This document shows positions 62,648-64,000 of a stretch of DNA of 64,000 nucleotides, in pieces. Each line of letters opens with the position of its first letter. Positions within the stretch are counted from its first letter, which is position 1. Origin of the DNA: Candidatus Poribacteria bacterium (GTDB lineage Bacteria > Poribacteria > WGA-4E > WGA-3G); NCBI GenBank assembly GCA_965205025.1, contig CBDBFU010000013.1, positions 64,001 through 128,000 on the forward strand, read 5' to 3'. Below the pieces are notes generated by a model. The model did no database searches, had not been told where the DNA came from, and saw only the letters and a list, made by a program, of their open reading frames with translations. The position numbers and the translations under genes are program-made.

Positions 62648-64000
62648 TTAAGAAATTGATAATTTTTCTTTACAGTGGTGTGCGAGCAGTTTCATTTCCT
62701 CAACAACCTGATTTTCTGTTTGAATCAAATGATTATAAAAGGATGGGACTGGTTCTCTTCCAAAAATCTTAGCAAAGAAACCCGGTTTTTCTTCCTTATT
62801 GAAACTGAGTGTTGCTGCACGTGATGGATCCAAACCTAAGTATTCAATTGAGAGAAAGTGTACTGCGTCGTCCTTTGAAACCTTACCCTCATAAGAATTT
62901 CCAATATTTTTCCTTCCATAACTAATGTAATATACTCTTCCCGACATTTGACTTAGTATGGTATAACCTCCAGTATCAATAGATTCATTCCAACACTTTT
63001 CGAATCCTTTACTGGGAAGTCTTTCCCTAAGTTCTTGGGCAGACCGGACGACGAATCTATTTTGAGTCAACGATTTAGTAATGGAATACCCTTCATATTG
63101 TTCTGTGATGGGTGGATGTCCTGTCAATAAATCAACGTTGTCAAGTGTCCAGACAACACCATCTCTAAGTCCTTTTGCCAAGTTAAAGTGTTGTTCAACA
63201 AACTCTCCATTAAGTGGGTGCAAGTGATAATCTCTGTTACCGTTGAATATTGATCTAAGATTCTTTCTGTGGTCAATCACAGAGAACCGTTTATCAGGGA
63301 CTGGTATCTCTAACTGTAGTGTGTATCCAATATCCAAATCAGTTGTTAGATTAAGTTGTGATATACGAAGTTGTGCAAGTCGAGACAATGCTGTTTGACT
63401 TTTCGATAGAACGCGTCCAATTAGATATTTACTACGTAGGCGTGGTATTTCTGTTGAGAGACGATCAAGGGTATCGGGATCGAGTTTCTCCAACATAACC
63501 TTATGTTCCCATCGCGTCCCACGTTCGTGAGAAAGAATTTGAAACTGTTGATTGTCACCACTTGGTCGGATGTATCCGAGTGCTGTCCACGGATCAAATG
63601 TTGCGCGATAATATCCGCTTGTTTCGAGATCTCCACCTGCAAGAACACAATCGCGTCGTTCATAACGGGAATATATGCCGAATTGGAATTCGTAGGATTC
63701 GTAATCTTCTAATGCTTTTCGTAAATCTTTAGCGAATTCGCTACCTCGTGCGAATTTACTAAAAATCTCCTCAGTCCGTTTTGGTTGATTTAATGCATCC
63801 AGAAACGTACCGATGGGTATACCTGCTTCTTCTTCTCCTTCGTCCTCACTCTTGCCAAATACTTTTGTTTTTGTTTTGAAGGGTGGATTTCTAAGGGATA
63901 CATCCCGTTGTGATACAAAGTGGAGAGCGGGGTCATCCGTCAGGTTGTCAAGGGATGGTGCATCGCCAAGAATCCCAGCTAATTTCTGATCATCTATCTT
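62648..64000 (-). CDS. Hypothetical protein (>450 aa, 5'-partial)
   Basis: Manual translation shows the frame of ORF 62648-63496 is open to base 64000 (KIDDQKLAGILGDAP...WEHKVMLEKLD). No family recognised. Confidence 0.7.
   Translation of the reverse strand, partial: KIDDQKLAGILGDAPSLDNLTDDPALHFVSQRDVSLRNPPFKTKTKVFGKSEDEGEEEAGIPIGTFLDALNQPKRTEEIFSKFARGSEFAKDLRKALEDYESYEFQFGIYSRYERRDCVLAGGDLETSGYYRATFDPWTALGYIRPSGDNQQFQILSHERGTRWEHKVMLEKLDPDTLDRLSTEIPRLRSKYLIGRVLSKSQTALSRLAQLRISQLNLTTDLDIGYTLQLEIPVPDKRFSVIDHRKNLRSIFNGNRDYHLHPLNGEFVEQHFNLAKGLRDGVVWTLDNVDLLTGHPPITEQYEGYSITKSLTQNRFVVRSAQELRERLPSKGFEKCWNESIDTGGYTILSQMSGRVYYISYGRKNIGNSYEGKVSKDDAVHFLSIEYLGLDPSRAATLSFNKEEKPGFFAKIFGREPVPSFYNHLIQTENQVVEEMKLLAHHCKEKLSIS

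Noticed and set aside
63421-63712. ORFs 63421-63663 (-) and 63503-63712 (+)
   Set aside because: They overlap the longer continuous minus-strand frame 62648->64000.

Overview
AT-rich bacterial chromosomal window. By inference it is most like Candidatus Poribacteria or a related PVC-like lineage: WD40 proteins with an 'LPEGAKVRLGKG' N-cap, a secreted beta-propeller ending in 'S-V-S-P-x-x-K-x-x-T-x-W-G-K-L-K', DUF1501/DUF1552/DUF1592/DUF6785-type genes and many Gfo/Idh/MocA oxidoreductases. Housekeeping content: a mycobacterial Sdh1-type succinate dehydrogenase operon, rho-rpmE-prfA-prmC, rsmD, ctpA, a lipid A acyltransferase, RNase P RNA and a class II ribonucleotide reductase. The segment ~7.3-19.3 kb carries many single-base frameshifts, including in essential genes, most likely sequencing error. 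Accessory content: an intact IS701-family element with 13-bp TIRs and a 5-bp TSD, two MITEs with related ends, an internally deleted IS630-like element and several REP-like hairpin families. A TolB-like gene sits on a ~1.34-kb segment bracketed by a perfect 26-bp duplication of the neighbouring gene's 3' end. A collapsed WD40 gene is bracketed by inverted repeats, and a ~1.3-kb non-coding region holds two identical palindromic operator/recombination-like sites. At the right end is a PARIS-like (ABC ATPase + TOPRIM/DUF4435) anti-phage pair preceded by a large unknown gene. No CRISPR array, tRNA or rRNA was recognised. All family assignments are from motif reading by eye, not database searches.
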